Notes: generated from the sequence alone by a model not told the origin. DNA of 64,000 bases from Alphaproteobacteria bacterium (GCA_965261735.1 OZ253470.1:4832001-4896000); one strand, 5' to 3'; counted from the first letter of the stretch, positions 31,209-41,761 are shown. A program made the numbers and translations.

Positions 31209-31397
31209 TACGCTTGCGGTGGTGCTGCGGAGGCTACCGTCCGTGGTGTCCGCTCGGCAAGTTGCTTTCAACTGACCAGCAGCCAGGGGTTCTGCCAGAA
31301 GGGTCTTCAGGGCGAGGTTCGAAGGGCCGCGGTTGCGGGGGCCCGGGTTTCGCGGTTGAATGGACCGCGCCCGCGTCCCGCAGATCCCGGAGCATAT

Positions 31398-31907
31398 GTG
31401 GACGACAAAGGCAGCCTTATCATCGAACAGATACCGCGGTTGCGGCGGTATGCGAGGGCGTTGACCGGCAACCAAACGCTCGCCGACGACCTGGTGCAGG
31501 ACTGTCTCGAGCGCGCCTGGAGCCGCTTCTATCTGTGGCGCCGGGGCAGCAACCTGAGGGCCTGGCTGTTTACGATCTTGCACAATCAATACGCCAACAT
31601 GGTGCGCCGCGAACGCCGGCGGCCCACGCTCGTCCCACTCAGCGACAGGGGTAGCGAGCGTGCCGTCGATCCGGCCCAGGAAGCGTACGTCGAGATCGGC
31701 AGCGTCGCGGTGGCGTTGCGCCAGCTGCCGGAGGAGCAGCGCGCCGTCATCCTCCTCGTCGGGCTCGAGGGCATGACATACGCGGAGGCCGCCAAGGTCT
31801 TGGAGGTACCGATAGGCACGGTGATGTCGCGCCTTGCGCGCGGGCGGGCCCGCCTGCGGCTGCTCGTTTCAGGCGTCGACCCGGCGCGGCGGAAAGAGGG
31901 AACATGA
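31398..31907 (+). CDS. ECF sigma factor (PrtI/ECF26-like)
   Basis: IPRLRRYARAL..ADDLVQDCLERA..LRAWLFTI..IGTVMSRLARGR. Confidence 0.92.
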   Translation: MDDKGSLIIEQIPRLRRYARALTGNQTLADDLVQDCLERAWSRFYLWRRGSNLRAWLFTILHNQYANMVRRERRRPTLVPLSDRGSERAVDPAQEAYVEIGSVAVALRQLPEEQRAVILLVGLEGMTYAEAAKVLEVPIGTVMSRLARGRARLRLLVSGVDPARRKEGT

Positions 31908-32668
31908 CCAAGCGCCCGATTCCAGTCACCGAGGACGAGCTCCACGCTTACGTGGATGACAGCCTCGATGCGGCGGCGCGCGCGGCGGTCGAGGCCCACC
32001 TCGAGGGGCATCCGGAGGATGCCGAGCGCGTGCGCGGGTACCGGGCGGACCGGGAGATCCTGCATGCACTCTATGATACCGTCCTCGATGAGCCCATTCC
32101 GCCGGCGATGCTGCGCCGACACCGACTCCACCAACGCCCGTGGATCGGCAGGGCAGCGGCCGCGTTGCTCGGTGTCGTCGTCGGTGGCGCGGGCGGCTGG
32201 TGGCTCAACGATAGCGCGGGCGGGCGCACCGCCCTGGGTGGTCTCTTCGCCGAGGACGCGCTGGTCGCCCACATCGTGTATGCGCCCGAGATTCGTCATG
32301 CCGTCGAGGTCGCGGCGAGCGACGAGGCGCATCTCGTCGGCTGGCTGTCGAAACGGGTCGGTACCCCGATAAAGGCGCCGCGGCTCGACGAGGCCGGATT
32401 CGAGCTCGTCGGCGGGCGCCTGGTCCCTGCGGCTCGGGCACCCGTCGCCCAATTCATGTATGAGAACACGAAGGGCGAGCGCCTCACTCTCTACCTTCGC
32501 CACTTTGACACGAGCGATCGCGAGACGGCGTTCCGATACGACCGCCGCGGCGACGTCGGCGCTCTCTACTGGATCCATAGCCCGCTCGGCTACGCCGTCG
32601 TCGGCGAGATGGACCGCGAAGCCCTGCTCAAGCTCGCCAAGCTCGTGTACATGCAGTTCAGTCCCTAA
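31904..32668 (+). CDS. Transmembrane anti-sigma factor (PrtR-like)
   Basis: EDELHAYVD, a TM helix, HAVEV..HLVGWLSKR and GFELVGGRL; overlaps the sigma stop. Confidence 0.9.
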   Translation: MTKRPIPVTEDELHAYVDDSLDAAARAAVEAHLEGHPEDAERVRGYRADREILHALYDTVLDEPIPPAMLRRHRLHQRPWIGRAAAALLGVVVGGAGGWWLNDSAGGRTALGGLFAEDALVAHIVYAPEIRHAVEVAASDEAHLVGWLSKRVGTPIKAPRLDEAGFELVGGRLVPAARAPVAQFMYENTKGERLTLYLRHFDTSDRETAFRYDRRGDVGALYWIHSPLGYAVVGEMDREALLKLAKLVYMQFSP

Positions 32669-32734
32669 GCGGGGTGTTGGCCGGCCGCGGGCGCGGCCGT
32701 TGCGCTTCGCCGCTCGGCCCGCTATCACACGCGC

Positions 32735-33532
32735 ATGACGTTCGTGGCGTCGAAGGTCCTTTGGTTCCTCGTCGAGCCGGGCAACGCTCTGTTCTTGCTC
32801 CTCGTCGTCGGTGTCGCGCTATCCTGGACCCGGTGGCGGCGTTGGGGGCGGCTGCTGACGCTCTGGGCCACCGTCGCCTTTTTGGCCATCATGGTTCTGC
32901 CCCTCGGCGCCCTCCTTGCCCTTCCCTTGGAGAGTCGGTTCTGGAGCGGGCAGGCGGAGCCCGACCGGGTCGACGGAATCGTCCTACTCGGAGGGGCTAG
33001 CAGCCTCAAGGCGACCGCGGCCTGGGGGCGGGTTTCGCTCAACGACAACGCCGAGCGAATCACCGAGTTCGTTGCGCTCGCCCGGCGCCATCCCGAGGCC
33101 CGGCTCATTTTCACCGGCGGTTCTGGTTCGCTGCAGCCGGGGGCGCTGCGCGAGGCCGATGTGGTCGAACAGGTGATGCACGACATCGGATTTGATGTCG
33201 GCCGCGTGACGTTCGAGCGTGCCGCCCGCAATACATATGAAAACGCGCGAAACAGCCTTCCCCTGGCTAACCCGGCTGCAGGCGAGGTGTGGCTTCTGGT
33301 GACGTCGGCTCAGCACATGCCGCGGGCGGGGGGCTGTTTCCGCCAAGTTGGCTGGGACGTCGTGCCCCACGCGACGGACTACCGCCTGGATCGACACAAG
33401 CCGTACGGCATCGGGCTCAAGTTCGCCGGCAAGCTCAACCGGTTCAACGCTGTCTTCCGCGAATGGCTCGGCCTCATCGCCTATCGCGTGCTGGGGCTCA
33501 CCAACGCGCTCCTACCGGGGCCCGCCGCGTGA
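32735..33532 (+). CDS. YdcF/ElyC (DUF218) family protein
   Basis: IVLLGG, FTGGSG, ARNTYENA, LVTSAQHMPRA and REWLG motifs. Confidence 0.9.
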   Translation: MTFVASKVLWFLVEPGNALFLLLVVGVALSWTRWRRWGRLLTLWATVAFLAIMVLPLGALLALPLESRFWSGQAEPDRVDGIVLLGGASSLKATAAWGRVSLNDNAERITEFVALARRHPEARLIFTGGSGSLQPGALREADVVEQVMHDIGFDVGRVTFERAARNTYENARNSLPLANPAAGEVWLLVTSAQHMPRAGGCFRQVGWDVVPHATDYRLDRHKPYGIGLKFAGKLNRFNAVFREWLGLIAYRVLGLTNALLPGPAA

Positions 33533-34539
33533 CGTGGCGCGGGCTCTGGTCGCGAGATCGTCGCGGCTTCGCGATGGGGCACCTCGCCCTGTTCGTTGCC
33601 TTGGCCGCCACTTCGCCGGGGCCCGGGCACGCCGCCGAGCGCGATTTCGCGACCTGGCTCGACGGGGTCCGCGCCGAGGCCCTCGCCCGCGGCGTTCGCG
33701 CGGTCACGCTTGACGCGGCTCTGAGCGGCGTGGCGCCGATACCGCGCGTGATCGAGCTCGACCGCCGTCAGCCCGAGTTCACGCTGACCTTCGAGCAATA
33801 CCTCGACCGCGTGATACCGGAGCGGCGGGTGAAGCGGGGGCGCGCGCTGTTGGCCGAGCATCGGGGCCTGCTCGAAGAAATCGCCGCAGCCTACCGGGTC
33901 CAGCCGCGCTTTATCGTTGCGTTGTGGGGCATCGAGTCCGACTTCGGTCGTATCACCGGTGGCTTCGACGTGGTGCCGGCCCTTGCAACGCTGGCGTTTG
34001 ATGGGCGCCGCAGCGCCTACTTCCGCGCACAGTTAATGGATGCGCTCGTCATTCTCGATCAGGGTCACATTGCGCCGCGTGACATGAAGGGCTCGTGGGC
34101 CGGTGCGATGGGCCAGAGCCAGTTCATGCCTTCGAGCTTTCTGCGCTTCGCGATCGACCACGACGGTGACGAGCGCCGCGATATATGGACGACGCCCGCC
34201 GATGTGTTTGCGTCGACCGCCAACTATCTCGCCAAGTCGGGCTGGCGCGACGACATCACCTGGGGTCGTGAGGTGCGCCTACCCGTGGGCTTCGATCGAG
34301 GCCTGGTCGGCACCAAGGTCGTCAAGCGGCTGCCCGAGTGGCAGGGCCTGGGCGTGCGCCGCGCGGACGGCCGCGACCTTCCGAGCAGGCCCCTGGCAGC
34401 CTCACTAATCCAGGCGCAGGAGGGCCGGGGACCGGCGTTCCTGGTCTACGACAACCACCACGCCATCCTCAGATGGAATCGGTCAACCTATTTTGCGCTC
34501 GCGGTGGGACTTCTTGCCGATCGCATCGCCGACCGTTAG
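33529..34539 (+). CDS. mltB: Lytic murein transglycosylase B family
   Basis: DRRQPEF, WGIESDFG and GSWAGAMGQSQFMPSS motifs; EF-hand DHDGD; WNRS. Confidence 0.93.
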   Translation: MTWRGLWSRDRRGFAMGHLALFVALAATSPGPGHAAERDFATWLDGVRAEALARGVRAVTLDAALSGVAPIPRVIELDRRQPEFTLTFEQYLDRVIPERRVKRGRALLAEHRGLLEEIAAAYRVQPRFIVALWGIESDFGRITGGFDVVPALATLAFDGRRSAYFRAQLMDALVILDQGHIAPRDMKGSWAGAMGQSQFMPSSFLRFAIDHDGDERRDIWTTPADVFASTANYLAKSGWRDDITWGREVRLPVGFDRGLVGTKVVKRLPEWQGLGVRRADGRDLPSRPLAASLIQAQEGRGPAFLVYDNHHAILRWNRSTYFALAVGLLADRIADR

Positions 34540-34600
34540 ACTACTACATAGACGCTCATTGAGCTGCTGTCCCACTAGGTCATGGGGGAAAGCGGGGGGA

Positions 34601-35518
34601 GTGCGCCTCTTTACCGTTGTCGTTGCGGCCGCGCTGGTGGGTGCGTGCGCGCAGACTCGGCTCGCCGTCCACACGGCCAAACAGGTGGCGGAGTCGCTGG
34701 AGTCCTCGGCGCCGAGCGCGCCGCCGGCGGTCGCGACGGGCGTCGACAGCCCGACGTACAAGGTGGGCGACCCCTACCAGGTGGGCAGTGTCTGGTACAC
34801 CCCGCGCGAAGATCCCGACTACGAGCAAACGGGTATCGCCTCCTGGTATGGCGTGCCGTTTCACGGCCGGACCACGGCGAACGGCGAAGTCTACGACATG
34901 AACGCCCTGACCTCGGCGCACAAAACCCTGCCCATGCCGACGACGGTGCGCGTGACGAACCTCCAGAACGGCCGCTCCTTGGTGCTTCGGGTCAACGCTC
35001 GTGGACCCTTCGTCAACGGCCGCATCATCGACGTCTCGCGCCGCGCGGCGCAGCTGCTCGGCTTTGTGCGCCAGGGCACGGCGCGGGTCCGGGTGAGTGC
35101 CATTCAATCAAAGTCGGAGCGCTATGTCGGGAGGCGGCCCGAGACTTCCGAGGAGGAGCGACGCGAGATCGCCGCGGTCCCGATCGTTCCGGTTCGCGGC
35201 CAGCGGCTCGCGCCGCCGGCCGGCGTCAGCGTCGCGCCGGCCACGCCTCAGCAGCGCCCTTCCATCGTTTCGCGCGAGGCGGTCAAGGAGACGCGCATGT
35301 ATGTCCAGGCGGGCGCCTTCGTCCAGCACGCCAATGCGCAGGCCCTCGCCAGCCGGTTGGCGTCTCTGGGGTCCGCGCAGATCACCACGGCGACGGTCAA
35401 GGGGCAGCGCTTCTACAGGGTTCGAATCGGCCCCCTCGAGTCGGTAGAGGAGGCCGATGTGGCGCTCGCAAGGGTCATCGGCGGCGGCCATTCCGGGGCC
35501 CGCATTGTGGTAGACTGA
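34601..35518 (+). CDS. rlpA: Septal ring lytic transglycosylase RlpA (DPBB plus SPOR)
   Basis: Lipobox VGAC, GIASWYG, TANGE and AHKTLP motifs; C-terminal SPOR (VQAGAF..YRVRIGP). Confidence 0.93.
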   Translation: MRLFTVVVAAALVGACAQTRLAVHTAKQVAESLESSAPSAPPAVATGVDSPTYKVGDPYQVGSVWYTPREDPDYEQTGIASWYGVPFHGRTTANGEVYDMNALTSAHKTLPMPTTVRVTNLQNGRSLVLRVNARGPFVNGRIIDVSRRAAQLLGFVRQGTARVRVSAIQSKSERYVGRRPETSEEERREIAAVPIVPVRGQRLAPPAGVSVAPATPQQRPSIVSREAVKETRMYVQAGAFVQHANAQALASRLASLGSAQITTATVKGQRFYRVRIGPLESVEEADVALARVIGGGHSGARIVVD

Positions 35519-35561
35519 CGCCGCCGATCAAGCCCACCAGCCGAGGCTCTAGTAAACCTCC

Positions 35562-36716
35562 ATGACTTGTACAACTCGTCAGCCGCGCGGCCTGCGCCTC
35601 CTTGCGGTCGTGTTGCTTTGCGTCGCCGGCGCGCTGCCCGCCCATGCCTTCGAGACGCCGGCGGCCCAGGTGTTCGCTGTAGATATCGACACCGGCACCG
35701 TCCTCGTCGAACGCGCCGCCGATGATCCGATGGCGCCCGCATCGATGAGCAAATTGATGACCGTGTACATGGTGTTCGAGCGCCTCGCCGAGGGTGGTCT
35801 CAACCTCACCGACACCATGCCCGTCAGCGAAAAAGCCTGGCGCATGGGCGGCTCCAAGATGTTCGTCCGCGTCAACACCCGGGTTTCGGTCGAGGATCTG
35901 CTGCGCGGCATCATCGTGCAGTCGGGCAACGATGCGTGCATCGTGATCGCCGAGGGGCTGGCTGGTACCGAGGAGGCGTTCTCGGCCGAGATGACTAGGC
36001 GCGGACGCGAGATCGGGCTCCTCAACACGACGTTCAGGAACGCGAGTGGCTGGCCTGACCCGGAGCATCTGACCACGGCGCGCGATCTCGCTACGCTCGC
36101 CATCCGCCTGATCGAGGACTTCCCCCAGTACTATGGCTTTTTTGCCGAGAAGTCCTTCACCTACAACGGCATCAAGCAGGGCAATCGCAATCCGCTGCTC
36201 TACAAGGAGGTTGGCTCCGACGGCCTCAAGACGGGGCACACGAAGGAGTCGGGCTACGGGTTGACCGCGTCGGCCGTGCGCAATGGCCGCCGCGTCGTCG
36301 TCGTGCTCAGCGGCCTCGAGAGCGTCAATCAGCGGTCGCGCGAGGCCGAGCGCCTGCTCGATTGGGGGTTCCGCGAGTTCGGCAACTACACCCTGTTCGA
36401 GGCGGCCAACACGGTCGACACGGCGGACGTTTGGCTCGGGACGGAAGCGCAGGTGCCGCTCGTCCTGAAGGACCCGCTCACCGTGACGTTGAGCCGCAAG
36501 GCGCGGCGCGCGATGACGGTCAAGGTCGCCTATGACGGTCCCGTGCCGGCGCCCATCGCCAAAGGGGATCGCATCGGCGAACTCATCGTCGACGCGCCCG
36601 GCGCCCCCGGGATCGGTGTGCCCTTGTTCGCCGGCGAGAGCGTCGCGCGCCTGGGCGTGCTCGGCCGCTTTCAGGCGGCAGTCGGCTATCTGCTGTGGGG
36701 GGCCGCCGGTCGCTGA
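35562..36716 (+). CDS. dacA: D-Ala-D-Ala carboxypeptidase (PBP5/6 family)
   Basis: SMSK, SGN and KTG motifs. Confidence 0.93.
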   Translation: MTCTTRQPRGLRLLAVVLLCVAGALPAHAFETPAAQVFAVDIDTGTVLVERAADDPMAPASMSKLMTVYMVFERLAEGGLNLTDTMPVSEKAWRMGGSKMFVRVNTRVSVEDLLRGIIVQSGNDACIVIAEGLAGTEEAFSAEMTRRGREIGLLNTTFRNASGWPDPEHLTTARDLATLAIRLIEDFPQYYGFFAEKSFTYNGIKQGNRNPLLYKEVGSDGLKTGHTKESGYGLTASAVRNGRRVVVVLSGLESVNQRSREAERLLDWGFREFGNYTLFEAANTVDTADVWLGTEAQVPLVLKDPLTVTLSRKARRAMTVKVAYDGPVPAPIAKGDRIGELIVDAPGAPGIGVPLFAGESVARLGVLGRFQAAVGYLLWGAAGR

Positions 36717-36748
36717 TCGGCGGAGATGCCTGACCGCCGCGCAACGCT

Positions 36749-37390
36749 TTGGATCCCGGCAAATTCATCACGGTCGAGGGCGGCGAGGGCGCCGGCAAGT
36801 CGACACAGGCGCGCCTGTTGGGCGAGGCTCTGCGGGAGAGGGGGGTTGATACCCTGGTCACCCGCGAGCCCGGTGGGGCGCGCGGCGCCGAGGCGATCCG
36901 CAGCCTCCTCCTCGATCCGGCCGGCACGTGGCAGCCCATGAGCGAAGCGCTGCTGCATTTCGCCGCGCGCCGCGAGCACCTGAGCGAGACCATCGAGCCG
37001 GCGCTGGCCACAGGGAGGTGGGTCGTGTGCGACCGCTTCACGGACTCCACGGCCGCCTATCAGGGGGCGGGGCGCGGACTCGGGCAGGCCGCCGTTGAGG
37101 GTCTGCATAGGACGGTGATCGGCGATTTCGCTCCTGACCTGACTTTGGTCCTCGATATCCCGGTCGATGACGGCGCGACCAGGCTCGACACCCGCCGCCG
37201 CCGGCGCGACCGTTACGAGCGCATGGATGCCAGCTTCCATCAACGCGTTCGCGATGCCTTCCTCGACATTGCCCAGCGCGATCCGACTCGCTGCGTCGTC
37301 ATCGACGCGCGCGGTCCTATCGAGCGGGTCCAGGAGGCGGTGTGGCGCGCGGTGGCCGACCGCTTCGGGATCTCGCAGGGTCAAAGCTGA
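36749..37390 (+). CDS. tmk: Thymidylate kinase
   Basis: EGGEGAGKST, TREPGG and DRFTDST.AYQG motifs. Confidence 0.96.
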   Translation: MDPGKFITVEGGEGAGKSTQARLLGEALRERGVDTLVTREPGGARGAEAIRSLLLDPAGTWQPMSEALLHFAARREHLSETIEPALATGRWVVCDRFTDSTAAYQGAGRGLGQAAVEGLHRTVIGDFAPDLTLVLDIPVDDGATRLDTRRRRRDRYERMDASFHQRVRDAFLDIAQRDPTRCVVIDARGPIERVQEAVWRAVADRFGISQGQS

Positions 37391-38535
37391 TGGCCGAGCC
37401 CGTAGCCGAAGCCGCACCTTCCCCGCGCGACAATCCTGACCTTGTCGGCCACGAGGAGGCCGAGCGCGTGCTCGCTCGGGCCTTCGCCACCGGTCGCATG
37501 CCGCACGCGTGGATGATCAGCGGCCCCAAGGGAGTGGGCAAGGCGACGCTCGCTTACCGCTTCGCGCGCTTCGTGCTCGCGGCGGGGCGCACGGGCGCGC
37601 CGGGCGGGCCCGATCGCGCCGGCCTGCCTCCGAGCCTGGCCCTGTCAGCCGATGACGGCGTGTTCCGGCGCGTCGCCTCGGGCGGTCACGCCGACCTGCT
37701 GGTCGTGGAGAAGTCGTGGGACGAGCGCCGCAAGCGCATGCGCGACGAGATCGTCGTCGATGACGCGCGCCAGCTGCCGCAGTTCTTTTCTTTGACGGCG
37801 GCCGAGGGCGGCTGGCGTGTGGCTATCATCGACGCCGCTGATGAGATGAACCGCAACGCCGCCAACGCTCTGCTCAAGATCGTCGAGGAGCCGCCGGCCT
37901 TTGGCCTCGTTCTTCTGATCGCCCATGCGCCGGGCGGGCTGGCACCGACGATCCGCTCGCGTTGCCGCAAGCTCGCGTTGCGGCCGCTGGCCGACGATGC
38001 ATTAACCGCGTTCCTCGGCGCGCGTGCCCCCGACCTCAGCGAGGTGGAGCGCGCCGCGCTCACCGGACTTGCCGAGGGCAGTCCGGGACGAGCGCTGCGG
38101 ATCGCCGCGGCCGGAGGCATGGCGCTTTACGAGGAGGTCGTCGGTCTCCTTTCCTCTCTTCCGGGCCTCGACATCGGGCGCGCGCACCGCCTCGGCGACC
38201 GACTATCGAGGCGGGGCGGTGAGGACTCACTGGAGACCCTCGCCTGGTTCCTCGGCGGCTGGCTCGCCAAGATGATCCGGGGTGGGGCGGCGGGCGAGCC
38301 GTTCACGGAGATAGTCGGCGGCGAACGCGCCCTGGCAGAGCGCCTGCTGGCGCGCCGCGACCTTGATCGATGGGCCGAGGTGTGGGAAAAGGCGAGCGCG
38401 CTACTCGCCGCCGCCCACGGCGCCAACCTCGACAGAAAACAGGTTGTCCTCAACGTTTTCTCCGCCCTCGATCGGGCGGTGCAGGATGGCGATTCGCCGG
38501 TCCTGCCGTGGGTGACGGGCACGGCGCAGATATAG
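37390..38535 (+). CDS. holB: DNA polymerase III delta' subunit
   Basis: GPKGVGKAT, NAANALLKIVEEPP and TIRSRC motifs; follows tmk. Confidence 0.95.
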   Translation: MAEPVAEAAPSPRDNPDLVGHEEAERVLARAFATGRMPHAWMISGPKGVGKATLAYRFARFVLAAGRTGAPGGPDRAGLPPSLALSADDGVFRRVASGGHADLLVVEKSWDERRKRMRDEIVVDDARQLPQFFSLTAAEGGWRVAIIDAADEMNRNAANALLKIVEEPPAFGLVLLIAHAPGGLAPTIRSRCRKLALRPLADDALTAFLGARAPDLSEVERAALTGLAEGSPGRALRIAAAGGMALYEEVVGLLSSLPGLDIGRAHRLGDRLSRRGGEDSLETLAWFLGGWLAKMIRGGAAGEPFTEIVGGERALAERLLARRDLDRWAEVWEKASALLAAAHGANLDRKQVVLNVFSALDRAVQDGDSPVLPWVTGTAQI

Positions 38536-38561
38536 TGGAGCGGGGCGAGCGGAGAGGTTTC

Positions 38562-40118
38562 ATGGCGGCGGCGAACGCCTTCTACATCACCACGCCCATC
38601 TATTACGTCAACGACGTGCCCCACATCGGGCACGCCTACACCACGCTCGCCTGCGACGTACTGGCGCGCTTCATGAGGCTCGACGGCCGCGACGTCATGT
38701 TCCTGACGGGCACCGACGAGCACGGTCAGAAGGTGGAGAAATCGGCCGCCGCGGCCGGCGAGGCGCCGCAGGCCTTCTGTGACCGGGTAAGCCAGAACTT
38801 CCGCGATCTTTCGCATCTCATGAACTATTCGGATGACGCCTTCATCCGTACCACCGAGGTCCGCCATGCCGGTGCCTCTCAGGCTATCTGGCGGGCGCTC
38901 GACGAGGCGGGCGAGATCTATCTCGGCACCTACGCCGGTTGGTACTCGGTACGCGACGAGGCGTTCTACGCCGAGGACGAGCTGATCGAAGGGGAAGGCG
39001 GCAAGGCCGCACCCTCGGGCGCCCCGATCGAGTGGGTGGAGGAGCCGAGCTACTTCTTTCGCTTAAGCGCCTGGCAGGATCGGCTCCTGGAGCTGTATGC
39101 CGCCCATCCGGATTTCGTCCTGCCCAAGGGGCGCCTCAACGAGGTCGTAAGTTTCGTCAAGGGCGGCTTGCGCGACCTGTCGATCTCGCGGACGAGCTTC
39201 AAATGGGGCGTGCCGGTACCGGGCGATCCCGACCACATCATGTATGTGTGGCTGGACGCGCTCACCAACTACATCACGGCGCTCGGCTACCCCGAGGTCT
39301 ATTCGCCGCAGTTCACCGCCTACTGGCCGGCCACCATCCACATGGTCGGAAAGGACATCCTGCGGTTTCACGCAGTCTACTGGCCAGCCTTCCTGATGGC
39401 GGCGGGGGTCGCGCCTCCGGAGCGCGTGTTCGCCCACGGCTGGTGGACCGTCGAGGGCGAGAAGATGTCGAAATCGCTCGGCAACTTCATCGCGCCGAAC
39501 GATCTGGTGGCGAAATACGGTCTCGATCCGGTGCGCTATTTCCTTATGCGCGAGCTGCCCTTCGGCAACGACGGCGACTTCTCGCACCGCGCCGTGGTCA
39601 ACCGAATCAATAGCGATCTCGCCAACGATCTCGGCAACCTCGTCCAGCGCGTACTCAGCATGATCAACCGCAATTGCGGGGCCCGCGTTCCCGCGCCGGG
39701 CGAGTTGGGCGAGGCCGACTCCGAGTTGCTCGCCGCGGCGGCGGCGCTCCTCGGTGTCACGCGCGAGGCGATGGCGTGCCAGGAAATCCACGCCGCCCTC
39801 GTCGAGCTATGGAACGTCGTCGGCGCCGCCAACCGCTACGTCGACGCCCAGGCGCCGTGGCAGCTGCGGACCTCCGACCCCGCGCGCATGGCGACGGTGC
39901 TGTATGTGCTGGCCGAGGTGTTGCGCCGCCTCGGTATTCTCCTGCTCGCGTTCGTGCCCGATTCCGCAACGGCGATCCTCGATCAATTGGGGCTGCCCGA
40001 GGACGCTCGCGACTTCACACGGCTCAACGATGAGTCCGCTCTAGCGCCGGGGACGCCATTACCGCCACCGGTCGCCATATTCCCGCGCTACGTGGAGCCG
40101 GCGGCGGCGTCCGCCTGA
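38562..40118 (+). CDS. metG: Methionine-tRNA ligase
   Basis: YITTPIYYVN..HIGH and KMSKS motifs. Confidence 0.97.
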   Translation: MAAANAFYITTPIYYVNDVPHIGHAYTTLACDVLARFMRLDGRDVMFLTGTDEHGQKVEKSAAAAGEAPQAFCDRVSQNFRDLSHLMNYSDDAFIRTTEVRHAGASQAIWRALDEAGEIYLGTYAGWYSVRDEAFYAEDELIEGEGGKAAPSGAPIEWVEEPSYFFRLSAWQDRLLELYAAHPDFVLPKGRLNEVVSFVKGGLRDLSISRTSFKWGVPVPGDPDHIMYVWLDALTNYITALGYPEVYSPQFTAYWPATIHMVGKDILRFHAVYWPAFLMAAGVAPPERVFAHGWWTVEGEKMSKSLGNFIAPNDLVAKYGLDPVRYFLMRELPFGNDGDFSHRAVVNRINSDLANDLGNLVQRVLSMINRNCGARVPAPGELGEADSELLAAAAALLGVTREAMACQEIHAALVELWNVVGAANRYVDAQAPWQLRTSDPARMATVLYVLAEVLRRLGILLLAFVPDSATAILDQLGLPEDARDFTRLNDESALAPGTPLPPPVAIFPRYVEPAAASA

Positions 40119-40150
40119 GGCGTGCGCCCTACACGCGCGAGGTGAAAGCG

Positions 40151-40930
40151 ATGCTGGTCGATAGCCATTGCCACCTCGATTTTCCCGACTTCGAGGGCGA
40201 GCACGATGGCCTGATCGCGCGTGCGCGCGCCGCCGGCGTCGCCGCGATGCTGACGATCGGCACGCGGCCGAGCCAGTTCGCGCAGGTGCGCGACCTGGCG
40301 GAGCGCTACGACGAGGTGTGGTGCTCGGTCGGCCTGCATCCGCACGACGCCGCGGCCGAACCCGACGTCGATGAGGAGGCGCTGATCGCGCTCGCGCAGC
40401 ACCCCAAGGCGGTCGCCATCGGAGAAACGGGGCTCGATTACCACTATGAGCACAGCCCCAGGCCGCGCCAGCAGGAAAGCTTCCGCGCCCACGCCCGCGC
40501 TGCCCGTGCCTGCGACCTGCCGCTGGTCGTCCATGCGCGCGATGCCGACGACGATGTCGCCGATATCCTGGCCGAGGAGATGGCGGCAGGACCGTTTCGC
40601 GGCGTTATCCACTGCTTCACTGCGGGCCGGGCGCTCGCCGAGCGAGCCCTCGAGATGGGTCTCTACATCTCCTTCTCCGGGATCGTCACGTTCAAGAACG
40701 CGGGTGATATTCGCGCGATCGCGCGCGACGTACCGGCCGAGCGACTGCTCGTCGAAACCGATGCGCCCTATCTGGCTCCGGTGCCGCATCGCGGTAAGCG
40801 TAACGCGCCCGAGTTTCTGCCGCACACGGCGACCCATGTCGCGGAACTCAGGGCGGTGCCTCTCGAGGAGCTTGCGGCGCAGACGACACGCAACTTCCAC
40901 GCGTTGTTTTCCAAGGCGCGCGCGCCCTGA
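40151..40930 (+). CDS. tatD: TatD-family DNase
   Basis: DSHCHLD, IGETGLDY, HCFT and ETDAPYL motifs. Confidence 0.94.
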   Translation: MLVDSHCHLDFPDFEGEHDGLIARARAAGVAAMLTIGTRPSQFAQVRDLAERYDEVWCSVGLHPHDAAAEPDVDEEALIALAQHPKAVAIGETGLDYHYEHSPRPRQQESFRAHARAARACDLPLVVHARDADDDVADILAEEMAAGPFRGVIHCFTAGRALAERALEMGLYISFSGIVTFKNAGDIRAIARDVPAERLLVETDAPYLAPVPHRGKRNAPEFLPHTATHVAELRAVPLEELAAQTTRNFHALFSKARAP

Positions 40931-41688
40931 TGCGCTGCGTCATTCTCGGTTGCGGCACCTCGAGCGGCGTGCCACGTATCGGCAACGACTGGGGTGCCTG
41001 CGACCCGGCCGAGCCGCGCAACCGGCGCCTTCGCGCCTCGATCCTCATCGAAGACCTGGGGACGCGCCTCCTGGTCGATACCTCGCCCGATCTGCGGGCA
41101 CAGTGCCTGGCTAACGATATCGATCGCATCGACGCCGTACTCTATTCGCACGACCATGCCGATCACTCGCATGGCATCGACGATCTGAGGCTGTTCGCCT
41201 ATCGTGCTCGCTGCCCGGTCGCCGTCCATGCCGACTCCAACACACTGGGTGCCCTCAGGGCGCGCTTCGCGTACGCATTTGGCGAGGATCCGGCGTCCGA
41301 CTACCCGCCGATTCTCGCGCCGAACCTCATCGATGGTCCCTTTGAGGTCGGCGGCGTTGCGGTGGAGCCATTCCGCCAGGGGCACGGCCCGGTGGACACG
41401 GTCGGGTTTCGCTTCGGTCCGATCGCCTATTCGACCGATCTCGTGAGCCTGCCGGAAGAGTCGTTCCGGGTGCTGGAGGGGGTAGGGGTGTGGATCGTGG
41501 ACGCTCTGCGACCACAGCCGCATCCTACTCACGCCCACCTCGAGCTGACGCTAAGCTGGATTGCGCGCGTACGACCCGCGCGCGCAATCTTGACCCACAT
41601 GACCACGGAACTCGACTACCGGGCTCTCTGCCGGCAATTGCCGCACGGCGTCGAGCCCGCCTATGACGGCCTGATCATCGAGGCTTAG
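40930..41688 (+). CDS. MBL-fold metallo-hydrolase (PhnP-like)
   Basis: ILGCGTSSGVP, HDHADHSHG and HPTHAH motifs. Confidence 0.92.
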   Translation: MRCVILGCGTSSGVPRIGNDWGACDPAEPRNRRLRASILIEDLGTRLLVDTSPDLRAQCLANDIDRIDAVLYSHDHADHSHGIDDLRLFAYRARCPVAVHADSNTLGALRARFAYAFGEDPASDYPPILAPNLIDGPFEVGGVAVEPFRQGHGPVDTVGFRFGPIAYSTDLVSLPEESFRVLEGVGVWIVDALRPQPHPTHAHLELTLSWIARVRPARAILTHMTTELDYRALCRQLPHGVEPAYDGLIIEA

Positions 41689-41761
41689 GGGTCGTTAACA
41701 GCGCCGGTCTCTATGACTCAAAAAAGTCTAGGAACGCATTGGTATAAAGTAAGATAATAGT

